Source of the DNA: Macrostomum lignano
Lineage: Eukaryota
Length of the DNA stretch: 64,000 nucleotides
Assembly: GCA_002269645.1 (NCBI GenBank)
Contig: NIVC01002944.1
Location: forward strand, 62,001 to 126,000
Direction: 5' to 3'
Made by a program: the position numbers and the translations under genes. Under the pieces are notes generated by a model that was not told the origin of the DNA, made no database searches, and was given only the letters and a program-made list of their open reading frames with translations. Positions 1 through 60,500 of this stretch are shown here, in pieces; the first letter of the stretch is position 1; each line of letters starts with the position of its first letter.

Positions 1-143
1 GTCCTCGACTGTCTGTCCTCGACTGTCTGTCCTCGACTGCCTGTCCTCGACTGTCTGTCCTCGACTGCCTGTCCTCGACTGTCTGTCCTCGACTGTCTGT
101 CCTCAACTGCCTGTCCCCAACTGCCTGTCCTCGACTGTCTGTC
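1..143. repeat. 14-bp tandem repeat
   Basis: (GTCCTCGACTGTCT)n, continuing off the left edge. Confidence 0.9.
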
Positions 144-744
144 CTCAAATGTATGTCCCGTGCCAATCCGTTGAGTTTCTTCTCCTCATCACAGATGCTT
201 GAGCTGAGCAGAACAGCAGGCACTGCTTCAAAAAAATCAGGCAAATTTGGACCCTGTTGATGTCCTCTGTTATTACTTATCTATTCGCGAACCTGAATAA
301 GACTAAATTTTTGTGAAATTTATTGATTATTAATTTTGTCCGACACCATAAATGACTATAAAACCGATTACAGTTTCTGATGCCTGCAAATACACCGCAC
401 CCCTTCGCTATTAAACTCCTCAGCTTTTGCATAAACTTCTTAGCAATAGGATTAAACTGTTTTATGCTTTTCAGTCTGCATCGTATGAAGGATATATCTT
501 GGCAACAACCAGAGTACCGTCTCAACGGACTACTCAAAGTAGTGCTGCAGCTGCAGCGGAAAGCTTGTTATTGAACATTATATGTATGCATCGAGAGGGT
601 CAAAGTTGTCGACAAATTTAGCACCTTGGCAGTCTTAAATTGTCTTTAATATTTGTTTGCGTGCGATAAACACACCTCATAAATAAAGACTAGTCCAGAT
701 CTACCGACTAGTTGGATTCCCATTATACTCATAGCTACACATGA

Positions 745-1481
745 CTTCCCCATTAGCTAGATTCCCCATCCATCCGCCAGATTACCCATAAGCTAGAATC
801 CCCAGTAGCTAGATTCCCCCCATTAGCTAGATTCCCCCCATTAGCTAGATTCCCCCCATTATCTAGATTCCCCCATTAGCTAGATTCCCCCCATTAGCTA
901 GATTCCCCATTAGCTAGATTCCCCCCATTAGCTAGATTCCCCATTAGCTAGATTCCCCCCATTAGCTAGATTCCCCCCATTAGCTAGATTCCCCCATTAG
1001 CTAGATTCCCCCATTAGCTAGATTCCCACCATTATCTAGATTCCCCCCATTATCTAGATTCCCCCCATTAGCTAGATTCCCCCATTATCTAGATTCCCCC
1101 ATTAGCTAGATTTCCCATTAGCTAGATTCCCCCATTAGCTAGATTCCCCCCATTAGCTAGATTCCCCCATTAGCTAGATTTCCCATTAGCTAGATTCCCC
1201 CCATTAGCTAGATTCCCCCCATTAGCTAGATTCCCCCCATTAGCTAGATTCCCCCCATTAGCTAGATTCCCCCCATTAGCTAGATTCCCCATTAGCTAGA
1301 TTCCCCCCATTAGCTAGATTCCCCCCATTAGCTAGATTCCCCCCATTAGCTAGATTCCCCCATTAGCTAGATTTCCCATTAGCTAGATTCCCCCCATTAG
1401 CTAGATTCCCCCATTAGCTAGATTCCCCCATTAGCTAGATTCCCCCCATTAGCTAGATTCCCCCCATTAGCTAGATTCCCA
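745..1481. repeat. 16-20-bp minisatellite with variable C run
   Basis: (CCCATTAGCTAGATTC+)n. Confidence 0.95.
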
Positions 1482-1996
1482 GTTAGTCAGCTGAAATTCG
1501 ACAAGATTATACCAGATTATGCTACATTATCTAAAAATCGCATACTCTCATATCAAGATACCCCGGTATCTTCCCTACAATCTTTAATCTTACTGATGCT
1601 CCATATACTACTTATCCGGCAGCTGTCAGTAGCCAACAGCGCACTGGAGCTAAAAACTCGCTCAAAAAGCGGAGCTGGCAGACTGCCAATCGCGTCAAAG
1701 CCAACAGAGGACAGCGAGCGATCGCAGCAACAGCAGACTGTTGCCATGACGACGAGCTGATTCTCTTCCCTCTAAGGAATTCCAGCTCAGCCGCGGCTAA
1801 GAGAACAGTTGTCTGGGGGGATGGATTTGTCATGGAGATGTCTGGCCCAGATGCTGCGGAACTGGCCCGCCCCCGCAGAGCACAAGAGTAAAGAGTTGGG
1901 ATATCAAAGCTTTGCGGGGCTGCGAGACTTTGGCAGAGTCATTTCTGCTTCATGCTCAGCTCAGACAGACTTCTCGTAAAATACTCCCTTTCCTCT

Positions 1997-2579
1997 GTCA
2001 ATGACAGGGGACAGGAGACACAGGTGAGAGTCAATGATGAGGGACAGGAGACACAGGTGAGAGTCAATGATGAGGGACAGGAGACACAGGTGAGAGTCAA
2101 TGATGAGGGACAGGAGACACAGGTGAGAGTCAATGATGAGGGACAGGAGACACAGGTGAGAGTCAATGATGAGGGACAGGAGACACAGGTGAGAGTCAAT
2201 GGTGCGGGACAGGAGACACAGGTGAGAGTCAATGATGCGGGACAGGAGACACAGGTGAGAGTCAATGATGAGGGACAGGAGACACAGGTGAGAGTCAATG
2301 ATGCGGGACAGGAGACACAGGTGAGAGTCAATGATGAGGGACAGGAGACACAGGTGAGAGTCAATGATGCGGGACAGGAGACACAGGTGAGAGTCAATGA
2401 TGAGGGACAGGAGACACAGGTGAGAGTCAATGATGAGGGACAGGAGACACAGGTGAGAGTCAATGATGAGGGACAGGAGACACAGGTGAGAGTCAATGAT
2501 GAGGGACAGGAGACACAGGTGAGAGTCAATGATGAGGGACAGGAGACACAGGTGAGAGTCAATGATAAGGGACAGGAGA
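1997..2579. repeat. 33-bp minisatellite, about 17 copies
   Basis: (GGACAGGAGACACAGGTGAGAGTCAATGATGAG)n. Confidence 0.95.
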
Positions 2580-3236
2580 TACCTCCCTGGGTGGCGCCAA
2601 CCCTTCGTCCATAGCGACGCGTCGGCCGTTCAGGGATTAGCGGAATGGGACAGCCCTGCAGCTAGGTAAGTGTGGATTCGAACCCTAAACTTCGTAGAGT
2701 TTTGTTAAACCGGATTAAACCGGTACAGCTTTGGCACCCCGAGTGCTCGCCAGCAGAGGTTGCCCTCAAATCCGATTGAGCCGTCAAAGATCTGAGATTC
2801 GCTGAGCCTCTGAGAACGGGCCAGCTGGGGCATATGTTTGTGTAGTTGAAAAGCACACAACGCTCTGTTCAGATATCACAGCGACAGAATGCGGGAGTTA
2901 AAAAAAAGGTTTATTTCAGCAATTTAAATACATTTGGGCACGGGTTCTGCACAGCCGAGAGAGGAGGAGCAGATTCAAATTAATCCAAGTGAGCGAGCAC
3001 CACCGTGAGAGCTAATTTTGAAAATTTTAACACAATGCATGGCTTTTTGGAAAAACAAACACGTGCCTCGGAATGACCAATTAAGCATAGCAACACGGAA
3101 TCCGTCCGAGCTAAATAACTGTTAGGTAGATTAAACTCATCTTAAATACATGTAATTAGATTAGTACATAGACTGAATGCATGCCATTAGGCCAATATTT
3201 AGGTGGTACGCTCGCATACGATTAGGTGGTCAGAAA

Positions 3237-4010
3237 CCAGCCAATTAGGTAGCTATTAGGCAGTCGGCAACCAACCCAATTAGGTAGCTATTAGGCAGTC
3301 GGCAACTAACCCAATTATGTAGCTATTAGGGTGTCCGCAACCACCCAATTAGGTAGCTATTAGACAGTCGGCAACCACCCAATTAGGTAGCTATTAGGCA
3401 GTCGGCAACCAACCCAATTAGATAGCTATTAGGCAGTCGGCAACCACCCAATAAGGTAGCTATTAGGCAGTCGGCAACCACCCAATTAGGTAGCTATTAG
3501 ATAGCCTGAAGCCACCCAATTAGGTAGTTAGCAACCACCCAATTAGGTAACTATTAGGCAGTCAGCAACCACCCAATTAGGTAACTATTAGGCAGTCAGC
3601 AACCACCCAATTAGGTAGCTATTAGGCAGTCGGCAACCAACCCAATTAGGTAGCTATTAGACAGTCGGCAACCAACCCAATTAGGTAGCTATTAGGCAGT
3701 CGGCAACCAACCCAATTAGGTAGCTATTAGGCAGTCAGCAACCACCCAATTAGGTAACTATTAGGCAGTCAGCAACCACCCAATTAGGTAACTATTAGGC
3801 AGTTAGCAACCACCCAATTAGGTAACTATTAGGCAGTCAGCAACCACCCAATTAGGTAACTTTTAGGCAGTTAGCAACCACCCAATTAGGTAACTATTAG
3901 GCAGTCAGCAACCACCCAATTAGGTAACTATTAGGCAGTCAGAAACCACCCAATTAGGTAGCTATTAGGGTGTCCGTAACCACCCAATTAGGTAGCTATT
4001 AGGCAGTCAA
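3237..4010. repeat. 34-35-bp minisatellite just 3' of the LRRK stop
   Basis: (CAACCACCCAATTAGGTAGCTATTAGGCAGTCGG)n. Confidence 0.95.
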
Positions 4011-4035
4011 TGCCCGGCAGCCGGGCGGCAGTCTG

Positions 4036-40034
<35,999 letters not shown>

Positions 40035-40269
40035 GGCGCTCTGGGTGTCCCGGCCGCCGGCCAGTCGCAGGGACTCTGTGTAAAACTGCTCTCGGGAGAT
40101 TCTCCGTGCGGGGTGCTCGGGCCTGAAGTAGGCCAACACGAGATCCTGCAGCCGGCTCAGGTCTGGGTAAAAATTGCAACAAGATAGAATGGTTTGGTTA
40201 GAACTGCTCTGCAAATCTACATGGCATGGATCAGTTAACACGGAGACGGCAAGAGGCCAGGAGGGGCTG

Positions 40270-40400
40270 CGGGGAGGGTTATAATAGCGGCACGGCGCCC
40301 CAGTGTTCAGTTCTTATCAGCACGAAGGGCAGAGAGAGAGAGAGAGCGGGGGGGGGCGGAAGTGCAGTGGGCGAGGGGGCCGCGCGCTCACCAATTGGTC
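40270..40400 (-). promoter_or_regulatory. Putative LRRK promoter (CCAAT, GC box, TATA-like); mirrored at about 44280-44405
   Basis: On the coding strand, in order: ACCAATTGGT (40390-40399, CCAAT on both strands), a CCGCCCC GC box, then CTATTATAA, about 250 nt upstream of the ATG. Motif match only. Confidence 0.35.
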
Positions 40401-42401
40401 GACCAGTCATTTTGATTCGCTCCTTCCCTGATAGCCTCGGCAGGTGCCGGGCGGGCTCAGAAATTTGCAGATAATTGCCGAGTAGGAGTGCAGACCCCGC
40501 ACATCACTGGCCATCTATAATTATGATTATAAATTGAATAGTATTCAGTAGTAGACAACTAGCACAAGTCTAACAAATTTGCCTCTACATGTGATGAGTT
40601 GCTTTACTTAGATAAGAATATCAAAAGCAGTGGAGGGAAGTCAGGTGAATACTTACTAAAAGGCTTAAAGTCCTATTCACATATTTTTCTTCAATATAAA
40701 TTTGTCCACTTTTGAGATAGACAAGGCCAATGAATTGAACTTATATAAGCTAGCTCATATATTGACTCCTTAATACTAATTAATATTTTAGCCGATTGAT
40801 TAGCATGAAATGTATTTCCCAAGATTGTACAAAGACTAAAGTTTTATTATTGTAGACAGAGAATTATAATATGGTTCATACACTGTATTGTAAAACCTAA
40901 ATAGTATATAAAAATTAAGGCCACAATGAAAGTATACAAAATGAGCTTAACTTTATCATCAATCAAAGCAAAAAGCATGCATCCATTCGAAAACTGCTGC
41001 AAGTCTGCTTTGTTAATATTGCATTTAAAAAATAATTTATAATTATACAAGTAGCAATAATTTTGATTTTAACTAATTCTATCTCAATTAACTTTGGAAA
41101 TTTTTTAGAATAACATTTAAAACTAATAGTTTTAATTGATTTGCAGTTTATATGCATAGCAGAACTAATAGGAACAGTTTTTTTATACATTCCTAAAAAT
41201 AAAAATTCTAAATTTTGTTATCTGTCAATTTCTTTAAGAATGCTAGAATGGCTAAGTCCCAAAAATTTTACGATTAACATCAATTGTCATTCATTTAAAC
41301 CGAAAAAATAGGAGTTTATTATTCAGCAATCTAAAAACTAGAGCGCACGATATTCAATTCATAGAGTCAGACAAATTTCTCCAAAAAATATTGCCTCTAA
41401 CCGAACCACAATGTAAAACATTCAGATTTCTAGTAAAATTCTGTGAATGAAATACTTTTAAAATAATACGCATTTTATAACAAAACGTATATTAAGTCGT
41501 CGTAATTTAAAAAATAGGTTTACATTTTTATTGTTTTGTAATTAAATTACTTTATTTAAGTAATTTTAAAAGCTAAGAGCAAACAAAGCTATTTTTACAC
41601 CAAGCAAGACAGGCGTATGCAAAAACGATTTCTCCATACGCCTCAGGACTACACTAGACACAAACTCACTGACCTAGTGAATAGACTACACTAAGAAGAT
41701 AAAGCTTATTGGCCTCCATTTTTTTCGTTTTACGCCCTTAGTATTTAATAGTCCCCTAGCATGACACGCCTACGAGTTTACGAAGAATGAATGCTTGTTT
41801 TTGGTATACGGATGCCATGAGTTCATGACACTTTAACACACACTTTGACACAATATCCTTTCGGAAGACAAGAGTTTGTTCTAAAATTCCAAATCGGCAC
41901 TCTTTTCAATGTGGGATTGCCAGTGAAATATGTGAAAATAATGTAATAGTTATTAAAAATATAAGCTTTCTGTAAAAGTCATCCAACACGTCCCTGGGTT
42001 CCTCCTCCATGACTCATCGAATGCCACTCTCGTTCCTTCTCTATGACTCATCGACCGCCACTTTCCGTTCCTCCACCCCCCTCATCGACCGCCACTCTCC
42101 TTGCCTTCATGCGACTGTCTCTGAGCAGTCTGATGAGAAACTAACAAAAGATAGTGTATGGTAGCAATACCCCCCTTATCTAGGACAGACCAATCCCAAT
42201 GAATGCAAATAATAATGCGGAGGCATTTTGTGAAAAGCATATTTTGTGTGCTAATGCATGCAGGTGAATATTGGGAGACTTTAATTCAACGCAAAACGAT
42301 GTTACACAAAAGATCAGTCATAAATATATTGTCTGCTTGGACATCTAATTAGAGGTCGACTTGCGACCTCAGCAATTTTGATCCAACGTTGAAAAACTTC
42401 A

Positions 42402-43294
42402 TCAGGAAGTGACGGCCTCGCTCCACTCCCACAGCAGGTCCTCGTTGGCAAGAAGCGACGTTTCCGCTGATGTCGGCTTCGACCTGCCGTCATAAAAGTA
42501 CAGACCGCTTTTGTCTTCATAGGGCGGCACGCCCGCGGCAATGTTAAACATGTGACCGGCGCCTCTGCGGAGTGCGGTGATCCGCAGCAGCAGCAGAAAC
42601 CGCTGAAGCAGCAGATAAAGAAGCAGCGCATGCAGCCACGAAAAAATCCGGTTGTTGGGATGAAGCCAGGATGCAGCGCGTTCACGTACACGCCGGTGCC
42701 CTCCAGCATCCTGGCCAGCTTGCGGCAGTGCAGGATGTTCATCGCCTTCGAGTTCTTGTAAGCCTGGCTGCCGCTGTAAGCCCCCGGTTTCTCCATAAAC
42801 AGGTCATCAAAGTCCAGCGGCTTGACCCTAAACGTGTAAGTGTGATAATCCGAGCTCACGATGAGGACCCGGGCGGCTCCGTGGCGGCTCGCAGTGTCCT
42901 TCAGAGTCTGGAGCAGCATCTTGGTGAGCAGGAAGTGGCCCAGATGTTTGTCGCGATCGTCATCTCGTGGCCTTTGGAGTTCAGATTTCGCTGCTGCCTT
43001 GAGAACTCCTCAGCGTAGCCGGCGTTGTTGAGCACGTCAGTCGGGAGAACTTGGCGAGGAATTCGCTGACGAACTTCCTCACGAGTCGTAGTCGCTCAGG
43101 TCGAGCTGAAAGTCAAAGAAGTCGAGAGAAAGTCCCGATTAGTTGAGAAGCTGCTCACACTGCTCATCTATCGTACGCGCAGCAGCTCATGACACGGAAA
43201 GCGCGGTGCTGAGTACTCACCTGCATCGGCACGAAGGAGCCGCTGCTCTTCAGTGAATGGTTTCGTTCTGCATAGCCGCGACCGCCTGGTTGGC
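42402..43294 (-). CDS. Short-chain dehydrogenase/reductase (RDH11-14/WWOX-like), 5'-truncated by the gap, several frameshifts as assembled
   Basis: LDLSDYDS, NNAG, TN(H)LGHFLLT, RVLIVSS, catalytic YKNSK, VNALHPG, SGLYFYDG and LWEWSE* (TGA 42402-42404). There is an intron from about 43220 (GTGAGT) to about 43109. 1-nt deletions break the frame near 43085, 43045, 42945 and 42580. Confidence 0.85.
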
Positions 43295-43656
43295 NNNNNN
43301 NNNNNNNNNNNNNNNNNNNNNNNNNNNNNNNNNNNNNNNNNNNNNNNNNNNNNNNNNNNNNNNNNNNNNNNNNNNNNNNNNNNNNNNNNNNNNNNNNNNN
43401 NNNNNNNNNNNNNNNNNNNNNNNNNNNNNNNNNNNNNNNNNNNNNNNNNNNNNNNNNNNNNNNNNNNNNNNNNNNNNNNNNNNNNNNNNNNNNNNNNNNN
43501 NNNNNNNNNNNNNNNNNNNNNNNNNNNNNNNNNNNNNNNNNNNNNNNNNNNNNNNNNNNNNNNNNNNNNNNNNNNNNNNNNNNNNNNNNNNNNNNNNNNN
43601 NNNNNNNNNNNNNNNNNNNNNNNNNNNNNNNNNNNNNNNNNNNNNNNNNNNNNNNN
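43295..43656. other. Assembly gap (362 N)
   Basis: Run of N. Confidence 1.
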
Positions 43657-55036
<11,380 letters not shown>

Positions 55037-55289
55037 GAGAGTTAAATTTAGGATTTACAAGCTGTTGAAACCCGCAGATTTTGAACCCGGGGAATTAGTT
55101 TTGCGTGTCTCAGATTCTAAAATCTGAGGTCAAACTCAAACAAAAACTTGTTAATAGTTAGAAGAGAGTTAAACATAAAATAGAGTACATTCGTGTAAAA
55201 TTAGGATTTGAAGCAAGCATTGATATTGTTGGCTGGGGTGCTGCGCAGAATGTCAGGCAAACTCTGGCCTCTACCTTTGCCTCTCCCTG

Positions 55290-56165
55290 TGTCCCCTGCA
55301 TCCTTTGAAACTTCCATCTTCTTTTCTGTTTCCTATCTTCTCTCTCCTCTCTCTTCTCTGGTCTATGGTCTGTTATCTCTCCTTTCTCATCTTTTATCTC
55401 TTCTCATTTCTCTCTGCTCTCTACTCTCTCTTCCCTCTCCCTTCTTCTCATTCCTTACTCTACCCTCTCTCAACACTTCCCTCATCTCTACTCGCTCCTT
55501 TTTCCTCTCTTCTCTCTACTCTCTCCTCTCCTCTGTCCACTCTCTCCTCTCATCTCTTCTATCGTCTCTTCCCTCACCTCCCTTCTCTCTCGTCTTTGCT
55601 CCCTTGTCTCTCACTTCTCTTCTTTTATCTTCTCTTTCTCTTATCTTTTCTCATTTCTCTCTGCTCTCTCTCCTCCCCCTCTCTCTCTCCTCTCATCTCT
55701 CTCCTCTCTCCTGTCCTATCTCTCTTCTCTCTAATCTCTCCCCTCTTTTCTCTCCTCTCTCCCCTGTCCTCTTGATTCTCTCCCTTCCCCTCCTCTCTCC
55801 TCACTCACTTCTCATCTCTCCCTTGTCTCCACCTCTCATCTCTCATCTCTTATCTCTCCTCTTTTCTCTCTACTCTCCCATCTCTCGTCTGTTCACTCTC
55901 GTTTCTGCTCTCTCATCTCCCCTCTCTCATCTGTCATATTTACTCTCATATGTTCTCTCACCTCTCTCCTCTTGTACTCCTCTCTTTCCCCTTTTTTGAC
56001 TCAGGACTCTCTTTCCTTTCTTCTTTCTTCTCGTCTCTTCTCTTCTCTCTTCTATACTCTCTCCCTCTCTTGTCTTCTCTCTTCTCTCTCCACTCTCCTC
56101 TCTCCTCTCTTATATCGTCTGTTCACTCTCATCTTTGCTCTCTCATTCCCCTCTCTCTTCCTTCA
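55290..56165. repeat. CT-rich low-complexity tract
   Basis: About 870 bp of nearly pure pyrimidines without a fixed period. Confidence 0.85.
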
Positions 56166-57561
56166 TATCTCACTACTAAGGGATTCCGTAAGTGTTGATT
56201 TTGGAGGTGAGGTGGGTGTCAACCCTCCTCGCCTCTCATTGGCTGGCGCCCCGATCACTAGGTGATCGATACCCGTATCGATATCGGCGCTCGGCGCGCG
56301 CGCGCGCGCCGCAGGCGCCAAGCGCCGCAGGCGCCAAGCGCCGCAGGCGACCCTCCCAGCCGCAGGCGCACCTACCGATATTAGATCCCAATAAATCAAT
56401 CAGATCCCAAATCAATCAGATCCCAAATCAATCAGATCCCAAGCGCACCCACCCGAGCCGCAGGCGCCCATGCAGCAGGCGCCCCTCCCCGCCGCACGCG
56501 CCCTCCCCGACATGTATGCCGCAGGCGCCCTCCCCGTCTCAGGCGCCCCTCCCGATATGTATGCGCACTCTCCCTATATGTACACCGATATGTATGCAGC
56601 AGGCGCCCCGAGTGTACACTCCCCCGATATGTGTGTACACCGATATGTAGTCATCGATACGGGCCTCTTCCCTCTCTCACCTACATCTCAACTAGCGAAA
56701 TCGAACCCAGGTCGCGCCCATACTAGGACACTACACGGTTGTGGGGTATAGGGAGCGAGAAGTTTCAACCCTAACGCTGACGCAGCCCTGTACAGTGAGA
56801 GTGTACGGGCAGAGAGGGGTGGCGCGGACAGAGAACCAGCCACTAGGTTGTTATACTGTTGAAGCATAGGGAGCGAGAAGTTTTAACCCCGATGCTGACG
56901 CAGCCCTGTACACTGAGCGTGTACGGGCAGAGGGTGGGTGGAAAGAGATGTGAATAACACAGCCTGCTGCAGGAGCCGGATAGAGAGGCGCATGCTAGGA
57001 CAGAGAGGTAGTGTGAGTCACACACACCCCACAGAGAAAGCCATACAGAGGATAGAGAGCTCCCTCCCCAGTTGCAGGGGACAGAGAGGCAGGCTGGGTA
57101 TGCAGGGGCATGCGAACCGTCAAGGGGCCACGCGAGGATAGAGTGGAGGAGCAGAGATGTGTTTGGACAGAGAGCCAGCCACGTGTGCGTAGTGTGAGGG
57201 AACAGAAACATATGGAGCAGGAGGGAGATAGGAAGCAAACGCGCAGGGTAAGGGAGCCACACAGGGCGGTACAGTGAGACACGGGCAGGGGTGGAGCCGT
57301 GCGTGGACAGAGCTGAACGGCACGGTCAGCTGCAGGAATAGGATGATAGAGAGGCGCGGAGGGGGACAGAGAGCAGTGTGCAGGGGTAGGCAGCCACGCA
57401 GGCTGGGGAACAGAGAGGCGCGTGTCAGCCAGTTGCAGCCCGGGACAGAGAAGTATGAAGGGGGGCCTGGGACAGAGTTCCGAGCAAGGCACAGAGGTAG
57501 GGTCCTGTAGCTATGTATAGGCAGGGAGCCACGCGAGGGCAGGACAGGGGAGCAGACATGC

Positions 57562-60500
57562 AAGTTGCATGCAAGGCCAGAGAGGTGTGCGCGGAGGGAG
57601 ACAGAGAGCAGTGTGTAGGGGTAGGTAACAGCAAACTTTAGTAGCGGCGCGTGCGGGGACGGAGAAACCAGTCAGAGCATACAGAGACGTTACAGAGAGG
57701 TACACAAGCAGAGACCAAAGCGAGCAGAGCACATGTGTAGGGACAGAGACGTGAGGGAGAATCGACCAAAACACGCTATGTATTTTCAAAAGTTGGTTTT
57801 AGTGCAACATGTTTAATAGTGGGTAGTATAATAGTATGTACATAGTAGGTATAATAGTAGTAATAATAGTAAGCATATTAGCCCAAAAGGTAGACTAAAA
57901 CAGGCTAAACTGTGTGTACGCATCCTCATCACCCCACAAGCCCCCTCTCCCGCCAGACTCACTCTACCAAACCCTCCTGTATTGCTGCATGAAGGAAAAT
58001 ATAGTGTAAAAATACAGATCTTAACCGTCAGACCGCTGAAATCAGGGCACACTAGAGGGGGTTTCGGGGTCTGCATGCTCTATGTAAGCTGCTTGAGGAG
58101 GTTCCAAGGGCGTTGTGAGGGTTTCCATTATGTTTTGAAAAAAAACTAGGGCTTAAATACAACGTTTTATTCAAAAGTAGGTTATTTTAATGAAATAGCT
58201 GACACAATCATTGTCGAGAGTAGAAATTTTTATAAGAAACCAGGCATTTTAGCAAAAATAAACCTTCAAACCACATAAAATTGAATAAAAAGCAGACATT
58301 TTCAATTATAAACCGCAAGTATTTTAATAGAAAAGTAAGCAAACAAGGCACAAAACCAGCAAATTTTACCTTTTTATTTTAATGTTACTGATAAGGTAGA
58401 GAGTAGAAACTTGTGAGCTGTACGGAGTTAGAAAGTATTAACCATTATGTATCGTATGAATTATTAGTTCAGTACCAGCCATTGGTCAAGCGAGCATTTA
58501 TGAAGTTATTACGAGTGATGAAGGGATAGAGAGCTATATACAGGAAGACAGTATCCTTCTAAACCACCACGAACAGATTGCTAATAGAGATAAGCTTTGT
58601 CTGTGTGCAGTATGAGTAAGCGAAGGCGGGGCAAATACTTTTCCACATGCCGGACAGAACAGTATTGTGCTAGGATTTCTCTCGAAATCGCGGTACGTTA
58701 CTAGTTTTTATCACACCATCCAGATGCGTCAACTAGTCAGCAGTAGTCATTTATATGTTATTAGAACTTACAAACCCAGGTCAAGTAAATATTACAAAGA
58801 GTATATTACGTACACACGCCAACTCCGAATACCAAGCCATACTAGTCTACTTGCAGTGCTCCTGGAGGGAAGGGACGGCGGGGTGTACATCCGGCAGGGT
58901 GGGCGTCCAGCGAGTGTACATCTGACAGGATGGGTGTTCAGCAAGTGTACATCTGACAGGGTGGGCGTTCAGCAAGTGTACCTTCAGCGTCGAGTAGGTG
59001 TACACCCGTCAGTGGGAACTCAGCCCCTCCCACCAATGTCGTGTGCATGCGGTTAGTCAGTATAGTGGTGGGGTAGACGGTGCAGGAAGGAAACCCAGAT
59101 GCTGACGCTGCCCTGTACAGCGAGCAACCAGCCCTCCTGTAGCAGGAGGGGGACAGAGAGTGCGTGGAGGCAGTAGGAGATAGAGGACGCTACCCGGCAT
59201 GTCGCAGCACGCGGCGCGGGACAGAGAGGCAGTGTGTAAGTCACCCCCGCGGAGGGACAGAGAGCTACCCTGGCAGGAGGCGCGGGACAGAGAGGCGGTG
59301 AATCACACCCCACGGAGAGAGCCGTACAACGAGCTTCCCCACCCGAGTCCGGTAAATATTACAGAGTATTACGTGCACACGCCAGCCCTGAATACCAAGC
59401 CATACTAGTCTACCTGCAGTGCTCCCAGAGGGAAGGGATGGTCAGGAGTTACACACCAAGAATGCATTCATACAAAGAGTACACAACTCGAGCCAGACAC
59501 CAAGTCACAGTCTACTTACAGTAGAGATGGTAGATTAATAGCAAGATTATATTACAATTAGACCTCCCTAGCACATGAGGAGTGAAATTCAATAATAATT
59601 GAATTCAATAATAATACAACATTTAGACGTAGTAATTTAATTACAAAATACCACTAACACTGAGCCAACGAATTGTAGGTTACAAAGGAGTTGTCACTCA
59701 TATGGAAAGCCAGTATAATGCAGGTGTATATTATTAAAACATAGACAAAAACGATGCAGACGTATATACACACTATTGATTTTGTACATGTACATTTCGG
59801 CATATTACCACACATCGCAGGCACATATTATATATCGGGGGATAGGTTAAAATACACACATCGTAGATGTAGAAGCAGACACAATGCAGGAAAATTATGA
59901 TACGAGTGTACATATTAGTGCGTAAAAGTATCATATTATGACACCCTGTAGCACATATTGACATAATGCAGGGGAAAATATTGACAGAAATAGTACACAA
60001 TTGTAGAGGTAACAACCCGCCAACTAGTAAGGACATCCAGCACTTGTTCAGGTTTTTATTATTTCGAGACGAGTGTCATGCCCCCGCAAGAGATCTTATC
60101 AGAAATTTGTTGAACTCCACTGCAACTCTCCCCAGAGCCTCCAAATGTGAGTTTTTAACCCAGGGTCGAGTACAAAGGACCCGCCCACTCTTAACCCCAA
60201 GGGGTGATCGTAGCGGAGACCAAGTACAGTGCGGACGGAGAGGGGTAACAGAAAGCGCTGCATCAGACCGCAGGGCTGCATTCCTCCCCGAGGTAGGCGC
60301 GTCAGCTCCCACTCCTCATTTAACCATCAAGTAAACTAAAGAAGTCAAGCAGAAAGCCTTACAATCACCCGCAACCAGCACAAGTAAGAGTACTTTCCAC
60401 TAGAGAGCCATAGTGCAAGATTCGCGAGCCAAGTTGAAGAAGCACACCAAATTACACTAAAGACATATGTATTAAAAAGCATACCGGCACCTCTACAAAA

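Noticed and set aside
1939-2614. 207-220 aa repeat ORFs on both strands
   Set aside because: They are translations of a stop-free 33-bp minisatellite with no unique coding context.
42125-42150. CTGATGAGAAAC resembling a hammerhead ribozyme core
   Set aside because: There is no stem II between CUGAUGA and GAAA, and no convincing stems I or III.
55208-55999. 263-aa Leu/Ser-rich membrane-like ORF
   Set aside because: Product of the CT-rich low-complexity tract.
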